Below are positions 16,201-28,630 of a DNA stretch of 38,122 nucleotides, one piece after another; the first letter of the stretch is position 1; the number at the start of each line of letters is the position of its first letter. The translations under genes and the position numbers were made by a program. Under the pieces are notes generated by a model. That model was not told the DNA's origin and did no database searches. It saw only the letters and a list, made by a program, of their open reading frames with translations. The stretch covers positions 3,624 through 41,745 of the forward strand of contig PARV01000049.1 of NCBI GenBank assembly GCA_002712055.1. Direction: 5' to 3'. The stretch comes from Gammaproteobacteria bacterium. GTDB lineage: Bacteria; Pseudomonadota; Gammaproteobacteria; Pseudomonadales; Pseudohongiellaceae.

Positions 16201-19200
16201 CTATTGTATACCTGCATCTCGCTGTTCAGCCGACTCAGGAGAGCCAAAAGCCTGCTTGAATTGAGGCTGCAGGCCTTCCCAGGGACCTTCCAAGGTATAA
16301 ACTGCGCTGGTTAAGCTATCCACCTGCGCTCCAAAAATCCGATCAAAGAGATAGGCACCTACCGCTAGTGGTAAGTTTCCTGTAACTAGCCCCACCCAGG
16401 GAATATTGTCGCTGACCGGCAGTGTCACGAACATCTCCCCTAAGATTGTTTCTTCCGCCAAATCGATTTCACCGGTGACCTGGTACAGGCTAGAGGGCCC
16501 TGAAATAACAAGGCGATCCTCGAAGTTTACCAAGCCATTGTCTAGCTTAACTAATGCTGTAATTTCATCATAAGCGAGACCACTCCGCAGCAAGTCATCG
16601 CTCAATCGTAAGCGGCGCATGATGGCATCAAAATTAATTATGCTTATTAATTTAAGGGCTCCCGTACTTCCTGAATTCTGTTGAAATCTTCCCTCGAAAA
16701 TTTCTAGCTCAATGTCACCGCTCAAATTTGATGCTGAGAAAAAAGCGGGAGTGCCCGGCCATGTGACATTGGTAATAAAATAAGCATTGTCGCTGTTCAG
16801 GCTAGGAGCATACCCATTTGCCGTAAGCACATCTGCTATATCGTCAGCGTACAAAATGCCTCGCAATCCGCTTAAGTGTTTCTCTCCGTCGTAGTCCCAG
16901 CTGAAATAAGGCAAGAATCGTGTGATCATTTCACCAGTTTCTTCATCGACCGGTGGTGGCTCATCCAATCCAGCACGCAAACCTCTGAAATCAAATACCA
17001 GATCACTGAATTCCGCCCCTGTTACGGTCGGGTCTAACCTGAACTGCCAACTGCCATAAGTTCGGGGTCCGATTGAAAAATCGTCCGTCGCAAAACGCAT
17101 GCGAGGCAAATTACGGGGATCGATCATAACCAGGGAGTCAACGCGCTCTTCCCCCAAGTCAGCATCCCGCTCGTCAACGGCTTTTTCTGCACCCTGTCTC
17201 TGTAACCGTAGGTATTCCAGATCAATTTGTAGATAATCTTCTGCAAGATACGGGATAGTTACCCCTCCTTGTATCGACTCGCTACTCAGCTTAGTTAGCC
17301 AGCCCTGGTTGACACTGTCAGGCTCGATGCGGATAGCAACATCCGTAAATTCCTCTTCGTAAAGTTCCATGCTATCGACCATGATATCAACGAAAGCGAC
17401 ATTGTCCGCGAATCCCTCGGTAGAATTTTCAATCGAACTTAATCCTGAGAAGAAATCAGTCCATTCATTTACCGCGAAACGATCCAATTCGCCGACAATC
17501 GCCAGACCATCAGTTTCCGTAGCAAACAAATTAGCGCCATCAGATCCCTGCGCTCCGACATAAACCAATCCGTCTCCAATCGTGCCGTTCATTAGGTTTA
17601 GATCAAATACCAGATCGGAGCCATAACTGCCCGATACCGATTGCTGCTCACCAAACTCTATCTCAACATGCAACGGATAATTAGATGCAACCGCCTTGGC
17701 AAAAGGAGGCGGCAGCGAAATACTGGCCCCTGCGAGGTCAGAATCAATAATTAAACGATTTCGATTTACACGGTCTGCAGATTGATCGACAGTTAACTTT
17801 GCCAAAAAATCTATTTCTCCCTCAGCCCTTGCCAATAGATCACGGACAAATTCCGTCTGTAGAGGCCAAGCCGTTAAAGCTTCCGTACTTGCTGACCCCT
17901 CTGCATTAACCAAAATCGTTTCAATCTCCCCATTTGTCGATTGTGATGAAAGAACTATCTCAGCGGGCTGACCGAATAGCTGACCTGTTAACTGACTTAG
18001 TTCAAGACCCATTGACGTTTCAAAAACTACAGGTCCAGAAAGTTGATTAACCTCGAGCTCATATTCGGGGATACTTATGGAGTTGTCGTCAAGAGCAATA
18101 TCCAACCGCACAGCCGTATTCTTATCAGGGGATTCTAAGGGAACCCTTACGCTAACCCCCGCAGAGAAATCTCCAGCAACCTGCCATTTGGCAAAGGTAG
18201 TTTTCAAAGAGTCTCCAACAGGCGCTTGTTGCATATATTCAAGGCCGTTCAGTGTTTGACCAATTACTCTGCCACTCACCTCTAGCCAGTTCTCATCCAA
18301 CTCATTGCGACGAATCTCTCCTTGCACTCTATCAATTTCTATACCCAAACTGGAGCCACTTGTGACCTCGATATCGATTTTGCTGTCATCAGTTACGATA
18401 TACCCTGACAAGGCGTCTAAGTGAGGCCAGTCATTGCTGAAATTCAATTCTCCATTCCTTAGTAGATAAAAACTCTGAAATGTTTTCGTAATCGGATTAG
18501 CCCCACGAATCGTCGAACCCCGAAAAATTACGCCGCTGTTATAAACTTCTCCATCAATAACCGCCTCATCAAGCCATTCCATGCTTCGACGCAGATTACC
18601 AGTGATATTCGGACCATCCGGCAGATATAGCGATTTCTGTGCAGCATCTACTCTTTCCACTCCTACTAGTAATTCGAGTTCCGCATCTCGCTCTCCGTCA
18701 GGAAATTCATGTACGGTGGACGTAAATTGAATGCGGCCATCCACAACCTCTGATTCAGCAACTATTGCGTTGCTGGCTAGTGTTACCTCCTGTCCGTTAG
18801 AAAGATCGACACGAAAATCTAACTTACCGTTAACAAAAGTGTAATCCCAAACCTCAGTGAAGACGCTCGGTATATTGATACTGAATTCGTCTGATTCCAC
18901 TTCGGTAATACCTTCTATTTGATTTCGAGAACTATCGTAATCCAATTGCAGATAACCATTTATGCCCCACATAGTTGGTGATCCTTTGAACGACCCTAAT
19001 TCAAGACCAACCAGATTGCTCTTCAAGAATAAGTTTTGTTCCGCAATTTCTTGAAGAGGCGCATGAAAACTGAAATTCTCAAGGAAGCCGTTGGGAGCAT
19101 ATTGCTCAATTCGGGACTGAACATCGGCATTGAGGTACCCACTGCTGGCGACCAACTCAGATACCAGCGCCAAGTCGATACTGTCAGCTCTAGCTGAAAA

Positions 19201-20235
19201 ACTTACATCGGGCAAGAATAGCGCGTAGAGGTTAAATGGGCGCCAAAAATGTTCCTTGTATCTTACAGCCATATTCGCCATGACGACTTCCCAGGCGTCA
19301 TTCTGATCTCTGCTAAGACTGACGTCCCCGCTTAGGTTATCTAATTTAAGCGGACCTGCGTCCTGACCTATAAATGTTAAACTGTCAATCTGTGTATCAG
19401 TTACGATTTGGTGAACCCGTCCACCCTTCAGTGTTATCCAAAAATCACCTCCTCCAAATAACTCCTCGATCCCGTAGTTGCCTATACTCTGGCCCTGCAC
19501 TAATTGTGAATAGTCCGATTGAGGAATATCTATGTAGATCTGGCCATCAATTTCAGAAATTTCGTCACCTTCAACTTCGAACGAAAACGCGACCTGATCA
19601 CTACTTTGTTCAAGATTTGCGTTTATATGCAATAAATGTGACTCACCCAGATTCTCAATAGTCGCCGACCCGTTTTCAAGAGTGAACGTGTTGCCTAAAT
19701 TTGTTTCGATATTTATTACAACCTGGTGCAAATTCAGGGTAGAGACCCGCTGGAATGCATCAAACAAGGTTTCTAAGGTGGTCTCTCTGTGGTTCGCGAG
19801 ATCAATTCCAGCTAGCTGCCAGTTATCCTGTTCGGTTTGCTCAATATTCACTTCTAAAGTTTCAACGACAAACCCGGCAAGTACCCAGCGTCCCTCCCGT
19901 AAGCTGCGTGGTATATCGACGATAATTGTCGCACTGTCAAAGATCAGGGCACTGGTATCTTCGAAAAGAGATTGATTCTGACCTCTGCCAACTAGCAACT
20001 GCAAACCGTTGATGCGAAGCGAGGGATTAAAAACATCAAAGTCACCGGTCAGGGACTCTATGCTGGCAGGTAATCCTGTGAGATTGAAGATTTGTTCCTC
20101 GACAAAGGATGCGTAATTTGAAACGGCTGGCATTAAAAGGCGACCAGCGCTTACATAAGTAGCCAGTAAAACCAATAGTGTAACCATCAGTAATATTAGT
20201 AGCCGGAAAATTCGCTGAAAAATATTAGCAACCAT
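16201..20235 (-). CDS. yhdP: YhdP-family (AsmA-like, TIGR02099) envelope protein
   Basis: 1344 aa with a single N-terminal TM anchor (RLLILLMVTLLVLLATYV) and a long beta-rich body. Its position immediately downstream of rng is as in the E. coli and Pseudomonas mre-maf-rng-yhdP clusters. Confidence 0.8.
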   Translation of the reverse strand: MVANIFQRIFRLLILLMVTLLVLLATYVSAGRLLMPAVSNYASFVEEQIFNLTGLPASIESLTGDFDVFNPSLRINGLQLLVGRGQNQSLFEDTSALIFDSATIIVDIPRSLREGRWVLAGFVVETLEVNIEQTEQDNWQLAGIDLANHRETTLETLFDAFQRVSTLNLHQVVINIETNLGNTFTLENGSATIENLGESHLLHINANLEQSSDQVAFSFEVEGDEISEIDGQIYIDIPQSDYSQLVQGQSIGNYGIEELFGGGDFWITLKGGRVHQIVTDTQIDSLTFIGQDAGPLKLDNLSGDVSLSRDQNDAWEVVMANMAVRYKEHFWRPFNLYALFLPDVSFSARADSIDLALVSELVASSGYLNADVQSRIEQYAPNGFLENFSFHAPLQEIAEQNLFLKSNLVGLELGSFKGSPTMWGINGYLQLDYDSSRNQIEGITEVESDEFSINIPSVFTEVWDYTFVNGKLDFRVDLSNGQEVTLASNAIVAESEVVDGRIQFTSTVHEFPDGERDAELELLVGVERVDAAQKSLYLPDGPNITGNLRRSMEWLDEAVIDGEVYNSGVIFRGSTIRGANPITKTFQSFYLLRNGELNFSNDWPHLDALSGYIVTDDSKIDIEVTSGSSLGIEIDRVQGEIRRNELDENWLEVSGRVIGQTLNGLEYMQQAPVGDSLKTTFAKWQVAGDFSAGVSVRVPLESPDKNTAVRLDIALDDNSISIPEYELEVNQLSGPVVFETSMGLELSQLTGQLFGQPAEIVLSSQSTNGEIETILVNAEGSASTEALTAWPLQTEFVRDLLARAEGEIDFLAKLTVDQSADRVNRNRLIIDSDLAGASISLPPPFAKAVASNYPLHVEIEFGEQQSVSGSYGSDLVFDLNLMNGTIGDGLVYVGAQGSDGANLFATETDGLAIVGELDRFAVNEWTDFFSGLSSIENSTEGFADNVAFVDIMVDSMELYEEEFTDVAIRIEPDSVNQGWLTKLSSESIQGGVTIPYLAEDYLQIDLEYLRLQRQGAEKAVDERDADLGEERVDSLVMIDPRNLPRMRFATDDFSIGPRTYGSWQFRLDPTVTGAEFSDLVFDFRGLRAGLDEPPPVDEETGEMITRFLPYFSWDYDGEKHLSGLRGILYADDIADVLTANGYAPSLNSDNAYFITNVTWPGTPAFFSASNLSGDIELEIFEGRFQQNSGSTGALKLISIINFDAIMRRLRLSDDLLRSGLAYDEITALVKLDNGLVNFEDRLVISGPSSLYQVTGEIDLAEETILGEMFVTLPVSDNIPWVGLVTGNLPLAVGAYLFDRIFGAQVDSLTSAVYTLEGPWEGLQPQFKQAFGSPESAEQRDAGIQ

Positions 20236-20265
20236 ATTTATCGTTCTCTTTCTTCCTCTGACCTA

Positions 20266-21744
20266 CTAGCCGAGAACTACGTCGAATTGTTCTTGAGTAT
20301 ACATAGGTTCTACTTGGAATTTGATCGTCTTGCTTACCAATCCTTCAAGCTCGGTAAGCGTATCTGATTCCTCATCCAGGAACCGGTCAACCACCACCTC
20401 AGATGCTATGACGAGCAATACCTTATTCTCGCAGGCGCTTACGATACGAAGAATCTCCCTGAGAATCTCGTAGCACACAGTTTCGATTGATTTCAGTGTG
20501 CCTCTACCGTCACAAACCGAACAATTGCTATTCAGTATTTGGCCAAGGCTCTCGCGAGTGCGCTTCCGAGTCATCTCAATAAGGCCCAATTGTGATAACC
20601 CAGTTACAGTTGTATGCGCATGATCCTTCTCTAAAGCCTTGTGAAAAGCACGTTGCACCAAACGTTGGTGTTCCGAATCTTGCATATCGATAAAATCAAC
20701 TATGATTATTCCACCCAGATTTCTTACACGTAATTGGCGAGCTATAGCTGTCGTTGCCTCAAGATTGGTTTTCAGTATAGTTTCTGCATGATTTCGATCA
20801 CCAAGATAGCCGCCGGTATTCACATCAATAGTAGTCATTGCTTCAGTTTGGTCAATAATCAAGTCGCCCCCGGACTTTAGCTTAACCTGCCTACCCAGCG
20901 CTTTGTTAATTTCGTCTTCGAGATCGTAGAGATCGAAAATAGGTCGGTCAGCTCTGTAATACTCAACACTGGTATGCAAATCGGGAATAAAATCTTCTAG
21001 GAATTGGCTGATCTCTTCGAAAGAATGCTTACTATCAGTGCGGATGTTCTCCACTTCCTGGGTAATTAAGTCTCGTACAGTGCGAATATATAGAGGAACT
21101 TCCCGATAAACGCGTTTTACACTGTCGCCGCCAGCTATACGCTCATTTACTTTACTCCAGAGGCGCTTCAGGTATCGCACATCTTCGAGAAATTCTTCGG
21201 GGGTGGCTCCCTCAGCAGCGGTGCGAATGATAAATCCCCCCTGCTCCTTAGTCCCTTCCTGCTTTAAACATTCAGACAGTTGATCCGACAGACGCTCTCG
21301 CTCTCGTTCCTCATCTAATCGCTGAGAAATACCAATATGGTTGCTCCTAGGCAAGTAGACCAAGTTTCGTGATGGAAGTGTCAGATGAGTTGTCAACCTG
21401 GCTCCCTTGGTGCTGATGGCATCTTTCGCCACCTGAACGACTATGTACTGCCCTTCACGCAATAGCTCTTGTATAGGTCTATGTTCATTATCTCTAACCT
21501 CGAAACCGTCATCATCTATCATCGACACATCTGACGCATGGATAAAGGCGGCTTTGTCCATACCAACATCAACAAAAGCTGCTTCCATACCCGGCATAAC
21601 ACGTAATACCTTTCCTTGAAACACATCCCCGACATGTCCATGTTTATTGCGACGCTCGATGAAAATTTCCTGTAATAGTCCGTTTTCAATCAACGCCACC
21701 CTAGTCTCCATGAGGGTAACGTTAATTAGGATTTCTTCACTCAA
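20266..21744 (-). CDS. rng: Ribonuclease G
   Basis: S1-domain N-terminus (GDVFQGKVLRVMPGMEAAFVDVG) and RNase E/G catalytic core motifs (IIDQTEAMTTIDVNTG, RNLGGIIIVDFIDM). About 490 aa, with conserved synteny. Confidence 0.92.
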   Translation of the reverse strand: MSEEILINVTLMETRVALIENGLLQEIFIERRNKHGHVGDVFQGKVLRVMPGMEAAFVDVGMDKAAFIHASDVSMIDDDGFEVRDNEHRPIQELLREGQYIVVQVAKDAISTKGARLTTHLTLPSRNLVYLPRSNHIGISQRLDEERERERLSDQLSECLKQEGTKEQGGFIIRTAAEGATPEEFLEDVRYLKRLWSKVNERIAGGDSVKRVYREVPLYIRTVRDLITQEVENIRTDSKHSFEEISQFLEDFIPDLHTSVEYYRADRPIFDLYDLEDEINKALGRQVKLKSGGDLIIDQTEAMTTIDVNTGGYLGDRNHAETILKTNLEATTAIARQLRVRNLGGIIIVDFIDMQDSEHQRLVQRAFHKALEKDHAHTTVTGLSQLGLIEMTRKRTRESLGQILNSNCSVCDGRGTLKSIETVCYEILREILRIVSACENKVLLVIASEVVVDRFLDEESDTLTELEGLVSKTIKFQVEPMYTQEQFDVVLG

Positions 21745-22354
21745 TCTCCACTCCGGCTCGGGTCATACAATCAATTCCAAATTCACCTAATAGCTTAGCC
21801 GTTTCATACAACGGTAGTCCCACGACTCCACTGTAACTGCCATGTAGGGTTTTCACAAATACCGCACCTAATCCCTGGATCCCATAGGAACCTGCCTTAT
21901 CCGCCGGTTCTCGACTTTGCCAGTATGCTTCGGCTTCCTGTTTCGTAATGTGGCGAAACTCGACTTTATTCTCAGACACACTTACACATTCTCTATTCAA
22001 CGTCGCTATAGCCACGGCTGTTAATACAGAGTGAGTCTTACCCGATAGTAACCGCAGCATCCGAAGCCCATCCTTTTTGTTTACAGGCTTCCCAAGAACA
22101 AAGCCCTCGCAGACCACGATGGTATCGCTACCAATAACTAGACTGGAGACCTTAAGAGGTACTTCAACCTTCACGGCTTGAGCTTTTCTTAGTGCCATCC
22201 GCCTAACGAAATCAAGGGGCTCCTCATCCGGACTTTGGGTCTCATCGATATCCTGGCCTGCTACAGTGAAGTTAAGCCCAAGCTGGGACAATAGGTCGCG
22301 GCGGCGCGGAGAGGCAGAAGCAAGAATAATTTGAGATATTGTCATGGATTGCAC
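21737..22354 (-). CDS. maf: Maf-like nucleoside triphosphate pyrophosphatase (YhdE-type by position)
   Basis: Motifs ILASASPRRRDLLSQLGL, GSDTIV and KAGSYGIQG. The gene overlaps rng by 8 nt. Confidence 0.9.
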   Translation of the reverse strand: MQSMTISQIILASASPRRRDLLSQLGLNFTVAGQDIDETQSPDEEPLDFVRRMALRKAQAVKVEVPLKVSSLVIGSDTIVVCEGFVLGKPVNKKDGLRMLRLLSGKTHSVLTAVAIATLNRECVSVSENKVEFRHITKQEAEAYWQSREPADKAGSYGIQGLGAVFVKTLHGSYSGVVGLPLYETAKLLGEFGIDCMTRAGVEIE

Positions 22355-22366
22355 TAAAGCATGGGC

Positions 22367-22858
22367 CTAGTGCACATCAAAACTTCGTCTGATCTGCCTC
22401 AGCAAGTGAAATAGCGTAGGCCAGATTACGGCACTAGTCAGTGCCGCCATCAGAAACATTTGATTGGACGTAACAGTTTGTCCAGTCAGAATTTGCAACC
22501 AATGACAAAGCATCAGATTCAGACCGACTAGGGCTAACACTAGCCCTGCTTGCTGTAAAGAGGAAAACATGCGAAGCCTTAGGTGTAAACTGAGCGTAAC
22601 GTAAGCAATAATAACCAGAGCCATTGCGTTCAAGCCAAGAATGGAGCCTTCTAAGATATCGAGAATCAGCCCAGCAAACCAAGCGAAACCAATGCCGATA
22701 CGATAAGGTAAGGCCATTGCCCAGTAAATGAGTACCATCGGCACCCATTCAGGGCGGTAATTCATTCCCCACTGCGGAAACGGCACGATAGCGAGTAAGT
22801 AAGCAATAAAAAAAGTAAGGAATATCACCCAGGTAGCATGTGCCCTCTGCTGCATCAC
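22367..22858 (-). CDS. mreD: Rod shape-determining protein MreD
   Basis: 163-aa polytopic membrane protein lying directly after mreC. The start is GTG 22858 or ATG 22855, abutting or overlapping the mreC stop. Confidence 0.85.
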   Translation of the reverse strand: MMQQRAHATWVIFLTFFIAYLLAIVPFPQWGMNYRPEWVPMVLIYWAMALPYRIGIGFAWFAGLILDILEGSILGLNAMALVIIAYVTLSLHLRLRMFSSLQQAGLVLALVGLNLMLCHWLQILTGQTVTSNQMFLMAALTSAVIWPTLFHLLRQIRRSFDVH

Positions 22859-23802
22859 TACTCTCGCTGTTCCAAAAATTCTGTCTGACTTTGTGTGCCC
22901 CGGTTACCTGTACCAGCGGGTGACGAAGCGTTGTCGATTTCGGAGTCAATTCTAGGAGACTCTCTGGCATCAGCACCTTCCTGGTTGAACACCAACATGA
23001 CGTGGCGGGTACTATTGATCTGGGCTAAGGGCTTGGCCTTAATCGAGGCAAAATCCTGCCCTGGGTCGACATACACGCTGATAATTTCAGCAACCGGGTA
23101 ATTCTTGGGATAAATCTGACCCATTCCAGAACTCACTAGCAAATCTCCCGCAAGCATATCTTGAGTCTGGGTAACGAATTCAAGCTCTAACTCCGTAGCA
23201 GTAGAGCGACTACCGCGCGCCAGAGCTCTCTCACCATTGCGGTTCACCTCTATCGGTGTTACATGATGAGAATCAGTAATGAGTAACACCCAGCTCGTAA
23301 AAGGTAATACTTCATCTACCTGTCCCATTAGCCCATTGGCATCTATGAGGGGTTGGCCAGCAAACACACCATCACGAGCACCCTTATTGATCAGTACCCT
23401 TTTTGAATAGGGATCGGGCGAAATATTAATTATCTCCGCTGGCACCACCTCTCCCTCAATGGCCTGCGTCGCATCATTGAGTTCCAATAGGCGACTGTTC
23501 TCACTAGCCAAGCTTTCTAACAATTGTAACTCCTGCTGAGCAACCAGCAGTTCCTCTCTAAGATACTCGTTCTCTTCCAGCAAATCTGTGCGGTACACAA
23601 AGACATCATCTATCCATGTGGAAACGCGAGCAGGGATATCAGCGACCCAATACACAGGAGTGGTCGCATAGCCAAGGCCAAATCTTACTCGATCGAGAAA
23701 ACCGAAACGGTTATCAGCAAACATGATACAGACTGATAAAAGAAGGAAGGCGAAAGTTCGGTATTCCAGTGCAACGCCTTTTATAAATAGGGTCTTATCG
23801 AT
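22858..23802 (-). CDS. mreC: Rod shape-determining protein MreC (probable non-canonical ATC start)
   Basis: Coiled-coil region (LLEENEYLREELLVAQQELQLLE) and beta-barrel domains (VLINKGARDGVFAGQPLIDANGLMGQVDEV, LLVSSGMGQIYPKNYPVAEI). The first ATG (23724) falls inside the conserved N-terminal TM helix. The in-frame open sequence upstream, IDKTLFIKGVALEYRTFAFLLLSVCIMFADNRF, aligns with E. coli MKPIFSRGPSLQIRLILAVLVALGIIIADSR. The conservative coordinates are 22858..23724. Confidence 0.85.
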   Translation of the reverse strand: MDKTLFIKGVALEYRTFAFLLLSVCIMFADNRFGFLDRVRFGLGYATTPVYWVADIPARVSTWIDDVFVYRTDLLEENEYLREELLVAQQELQLLESLASENSRLLELNDATQAIEGEVVPAEIINISPDPYSKRVLINKGARDGVFAGQPLIDANGLMGQVDEVLPFTSWVLLITDSHHVTPIEVNRNGERALARGSRSTATELELEFVTQTQDMLAGDLLVSSGMGQIYPKNYPVAEIISVYVDPGQDFASIKAKPLAQINSTRHVMLVFNQEGADARESPRIDSEIDNASSPAGTGNRGTQSQTEFLEQRE

Positions 23803-23884
23803 AGCTGGACTACCTCAGGTTGGAATGGCTGAAATTATAGAATCTACCCTAACCGGTGAAAATGGGCGCTGTTCGCTTAGACTA

Positions 23885-25006
<1,122 letters not shown>

Positions 25007-25263
25007 TTAGGGTACGCTGAAGGATTGTCGTATTTCTTGTAAGGATTAAATTTGACTAATGGAATCTCCTGGGGCTTTAGACCGCGAGAATTGCTATAAG
25101 TTTGGCCTAAGTAGGTGAATTTCAAGTATAATCTCGCCCCTTCGCGAATAGGCGCACTCTAGCAACCGTAGGGGGTTAGAGCAAGTGGCACTCGGTATTT
25201 AATTGGCTCAGCATAAACCCAGCTCCTGTTCCTTTCTAACACTGGTTTTTCCGGAGTTATTGG

Positions 25264-25551
25264 ATGGCTTTAGATAAATCTGAATTAGAAAAGATCGCAC
25301 ATTTGGCACGGCTTCATATCACCAAGGCTGAATCAGAAGAGGTGATGCTGCGCATTACGGACATCCTAGCTCTTATCGATGAAATGCAATCGATAAACAC
25401 CAATGATGTCGCCCCACTAGCACACCCATTGGACTTACTGCAGCGGTTACGCACGGATGAGATTACCGAAAGGGACTATCGCGATGAATTACAATCGCTA
25501 GCGCCAGAGGCCCAGGAAGGGCTGTACTTGGTTCCAAAAGTTATCGAGTAA
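25264..25551 (+). CDS. gatC: Asp-tRNA(Asn)/Glu-tRNA(Gln) amidotransferase subunit C
   Basis: 95 aa, with IAHLARLHIT...E at the N-terminus and F.VPKVIE at the C-terminus. It precedes gatA and gatB. Confidence 0.9.
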   Translation: MALDKSELEKIAHLARLHITKAESEEVMLRITDILALIDEMQSINTNDVAPLAHPLDLLQRLRTDEITERDYRDELQSLAPEAQEGLYLVPKVIE

Positions 25552-25593
25552 AAAAGCTGACTGCTATTTCAGATTGAAGAGAACCGTAATCCG

Positions 25594-27054
25594 ATGATTG
25601 AAAAAACTGTCGCTGAAATTACTGCTGCTCTTAACGCCGGTGATATATCTAGTGTTGAACTGACACAGGCATATCTAGACCGCATAATAAGATTCAATGA
25701 CGACCTTAATGCCTTTATAACCGTCTGCACAGATTCAGCCCTAAGTCAGGCAAAAAAAGCCGATGAGAAACGTGCTAAAGGTGACACCTCCCCCTTATTG
25801 GGGATACCTCTAGCTCATAAAGACATATTTTGTACAAACGGTGTAACTACTAGCTGTGGCTCACGTATGCTGCAGAATTTTGTGGCGCCTTATGATGCGA
25901 CAATTGTAGAAAAGCTCTATCAAGCTGGTGTGGTTATGCTAGGAAAGACAAATATGGATGAATTTGCTATGGGTTCGTCCAACGAGACCAGTTACTTTGG
26001 CCCAGCGAAAAACCCCTGGGACACTGCGCGTGTGCCTGGAGGCTCCTCAGGAGGATCAGCAGTTGCGGTTGCCGCTGATCTTTGTGCCGTGGCTACAGGG
26101 ACAGATACAGGAGGTTCCATCCGACAACCCGCTGCCTTCTGCGGGATCACGGGTTTTAAACCCAGCTATGGGAGAGTTTCACGTTGGGGAATGATTGCTT
26201 TTGCCTCGAGCCTGGATCAAGCTGGCTCCTTGAGCAAGACTGCTGAAGATGCTGCCCTAATGACTAATGTTATGGCAGGCCTTGATAGGAAAGACTCTAC
26301 TAGCATTGATAAGCCAGTGGAAGATTACACTGCATCACTGAGCAACTCTCTAGATGGGTTAAAAATTGGCATTCCAAAACAACATTTTGCCGAAGGCCTG
26401 TCCTCAGAGGTAGAACAAGCCATACGCGAAGCTCTGGTAGAGTACGAAAATCTTGGCGCTATAATTAAGGAAATTGACCTCCCCAATAATCATCTATCGG
26501 TCAGCGTATATTATGTGATCGCACCTGCCGAAGCCTCTGCAAACCTTTCTCGATATGACGGCGTACGTTACGGCTATCGTTGTGAAGACCCTGCTGATCT
26601 CGAAGACATGTACAAGCGCACCCGCAGCGAAGGATTTGGAGAGGAGGTGAAGCGTCGCATCATGGTTGGCACCTATGCCCTTTCAGCAGGTTTTTACGAT
26701 GCCTATTATAGAAAGGCCCAAAAAATCCGGAGACTAATCAAAAATGATTTCGTAGACGCATTCAAGGAAGTCGATGTAATCATTGGGCCCACTTCTCCTC
26801 ACACGGCATTTGAAATAGGCAGCAAAACCGACCCGGTCACCATGTACCTAGAAGATATTTACACCATCGCCGTGAACTTGGCCGGCCTTCCTGGTATCTC
26901 GATTCCAGTAGGAACGGCCGAAGGTCTTCCAGTCGGGATGCATATCGTGGGGAATGACTTTGCTGAAGCCAAAGTGCTGAATGTAGCTCACCTATTTCAA
27001 CAACAAACTGATTGGCATCGCTTTAAGCCAACCGCCTTCGAGAAGGAGAGCTGA
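25594..27054 (+). CDS. gatA: Asp-tRNA(Asn)/Glu-tRNA(Gln) amidotransferase subunit A
   Basis: Amidase signature [13 protein letters not shown]...[16 protein letters not shown] and the [14 protein letters not shown] motif. 486 aa. Confidence 0.95.
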   Translation: MIEKTVAEITAALNAGDISSVELTQAYLDRIIRFNDDLNAFITVCTDSALSQAKKADEKRAKGDTSPLLGIPLAHKDIFCTNGVTTSCGSRMLQNFVAPYDATIVEKLYQAGVVMLGKTNMDEFAMGSSNETSYFGPAKNPWDTARVPGGSSGGSAVAVAADLCAVATGTDTGGSIRQPAAFCGITGFKPSYGRVSRWGMIAFASSLDQAGSLSKTAEDAALMTNVMAGLDRKDSTSIDKPVEDYTASLSNSLDGLKIGIPKQHFAEGLSSEVEQAIREALVEYENLGAIIKEIDLPNNHLSVSVYYVIAPAEASANLSRYDGVRYGYRCEDPADLEDMYKRTRSEGFGEEVKRRIMVGTYALSAGFYDAYYRKAQKIRRLIKNDFVDAFKEVDVIIGPTSPHTAFEIGSKTDPVTMYLEDIYTIAVNLAGLPGISIPVGTAEGLPVGMHIVGNDFAEAKVLNVAHLFQQQTDWHRFKPTAFEKES

Positions 27055-27056
27055 GC

Positions 27057-28487
27057 GTGGAATGGGAAACCGTTATAGGCCTCGAAGTGCATGTACAGCT
27101 CTCTACCAAGTCTAAACTGTTCTCAGGTACGGCCAGTCAATTTGGAGCAGAACCCAATACCCAAGCTAATATATATGACCTAGCCCTGCCGGGTGTGCTC
27201 CCTGTACTTAATGAAGAAGCGCTGAAACATGCCGTTAAGTTTGGTCTAGCTATCAATGCTTCGATTAGCAAAACGTCTGTCTTCGATCGCAAAAATTATT
27301 TTTACCCGGACCTACCGAAGGGTTACCAGATCAGCCAACTTGATTTCCCCACTGTCGGTAAGGGGTCACTTATGATAAATCTTGAAGACGGTAGCGAGAA
27401 AGTTATCGGAGTGACCCGTGCGCACATGGAAGAAGATGCTGGTAAGTCTTTACATGAAGACTTTCATGGTATGTCAGGTATTGATCTAAACCGAGCCGGA
27501 ACCCCACTTCTTGAAATTGTTTCGGAACCGGATTTACGTAACGCTAAAGAAGCGGTAGCCTACTTAAAGAAATTGCATTCCATCATCCTATATCTAGACA
27601 TCTCAGATGCCATCATGGCCCAGGGTTCAATGCGTTGTGACGCCAACGTTTCAATACGCCCAAAGGGTGAAATTGAATTAGGCACCCGAACTGAAATCAA
27701 GAATATCAACTCTTTCCGTTTCGTGGAAAAAGCCATTAATTACGAGGTACAACGCCAACAAGAAGTTATTCAAGATGGTAGCCGAGTCGTTCAAGAAACG
27801 CGCCTATACGACGCTGAGCTGAACGAGACAAGATCTATGCGCAGCAAGGAAGTGGCTAATGATTACCGTTATTTCCCTGAGCCTGATCTTCTTCCGATTG
27901 TTATAGACCAAGCATTCATCGATTCTATTCGAGAAACTTTACCAGAGTTACCCGATGCAAAAAAAGCTCGTTTTGTTAAAGAGTTCGGGCTCAATGATTA
28001 CGATGCTAGCGTAATAACCAATAACCGCGATATGGCAGAGTATTTCGAATCCGTAACCAGAGACAGTGGTGATGCTAAGCTTGCTGCAAACTGGATTACT
28101 GGTGATCTACAGGCACTGCTTAACAAGAACAACTGGGAAATAACCGAATCCCCAATTCAGGCTTATCGTCTAGCACAATTAATCGCACGAATCAAAGACA
28201 ACACTATATCCGGCAAGATCGCCAAGAGGATTTTCGAAGGTATGATCGAAGATTCATCCAGTGTGGACGACATAATCGAGGAAGCGGGTCTAAAACAGGT
28301 TACCGATAGTGGTGAGATCGAGAAATTAGTTGACGAAGTCATCGACAATAACCCGGACCAAGTGCAGCAATTTAGGGAAGGTAAGCAGCAAGTACTGAGT
28401 TATCTAGTAGGGCAGGCTATGAAGTTATCGCGAGGAAAAGCTAACCCCAACCAAGTTAATCAGTTTTTAAGAAATAAACTCAAATAG
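27057..28487 (+). CDS. gatB: Asp-tRNA(Asn)/Glu-tRNA(Gln) amidotransferase subunit B
   Basis: GTG start, with [31 protein letters not shown] and [10 protein letters not shown] motifs and a C-terminal YqeY-like tail. 476 aa. Confidence 0.95.
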   Translation: MEWETVIGLEVHVQLSTKSKLFSGTASQFGAEPNTQANIYDLALPGVLPVLNEEALKHAVKFGLAINASISKTSVFDRKNYFYPDLPKGYQISQLDFPTVGKGSLMINLEDGSEKVIGVTRAHMEEDAGKSLHEDFHGMSGIDLNRAGTPLLEIVSEPDLRNAKEAVAYLKKLHSIILYLDISDAIMAQGSMRCDANVSIRPKGEIELGTRTEIKNINSFRFVEKAINYEVQRQQEVIQDGSRVVQETRLYDAELNETRSMRSKEVANDYRYFPEPDLLPIVIDQAFIDSIRETLPELPDAKKARFVKEFGLNDYDASVITNNRDMAEYFESVTRDSGDAKLAANWITGDLQALLNKNNWEITESPIQAYRLAQLIARIKDNTISGKIAKRIFEGMIEDSSSVDDIIEEAGLKQVTDSGEIEKLVDEVIDNNPDQVQQFREGKQQVLSYLVGQAMKLSRGKANPNQVNQFLRNKLK

Positions 28488-28630
28488 CGCACGTTATAAG
28501 AACTGACCTAACTAGGGTTAATTAGATAACTACCGAAGTTGCGTTATTTGCCTCAGCAAAAAAGCCTCACTTGCGTACCTGCCGACTAATCCTCCTGACT
28601 GCACCAGAGTCAGGAAAAGGGCCTAAACGA

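Noticed and set aside
22434-22976. Same-strand, alternative-frame ORFs (104 aa and 75 aa) nested in mreD and the mreC 3' end.
   Set aside because: They overlap well-supported genes entirely. The translations have no recognisable features. They are most likely chance open frames.
25102-25132. Possible sigma70 promoter for gatCAB (TTGGCC, 19 nt, TATAAT).
   Set aside because: The spacer is too long and the -35 element is poor. I cannot support it as a feature without transcription-start-site data.
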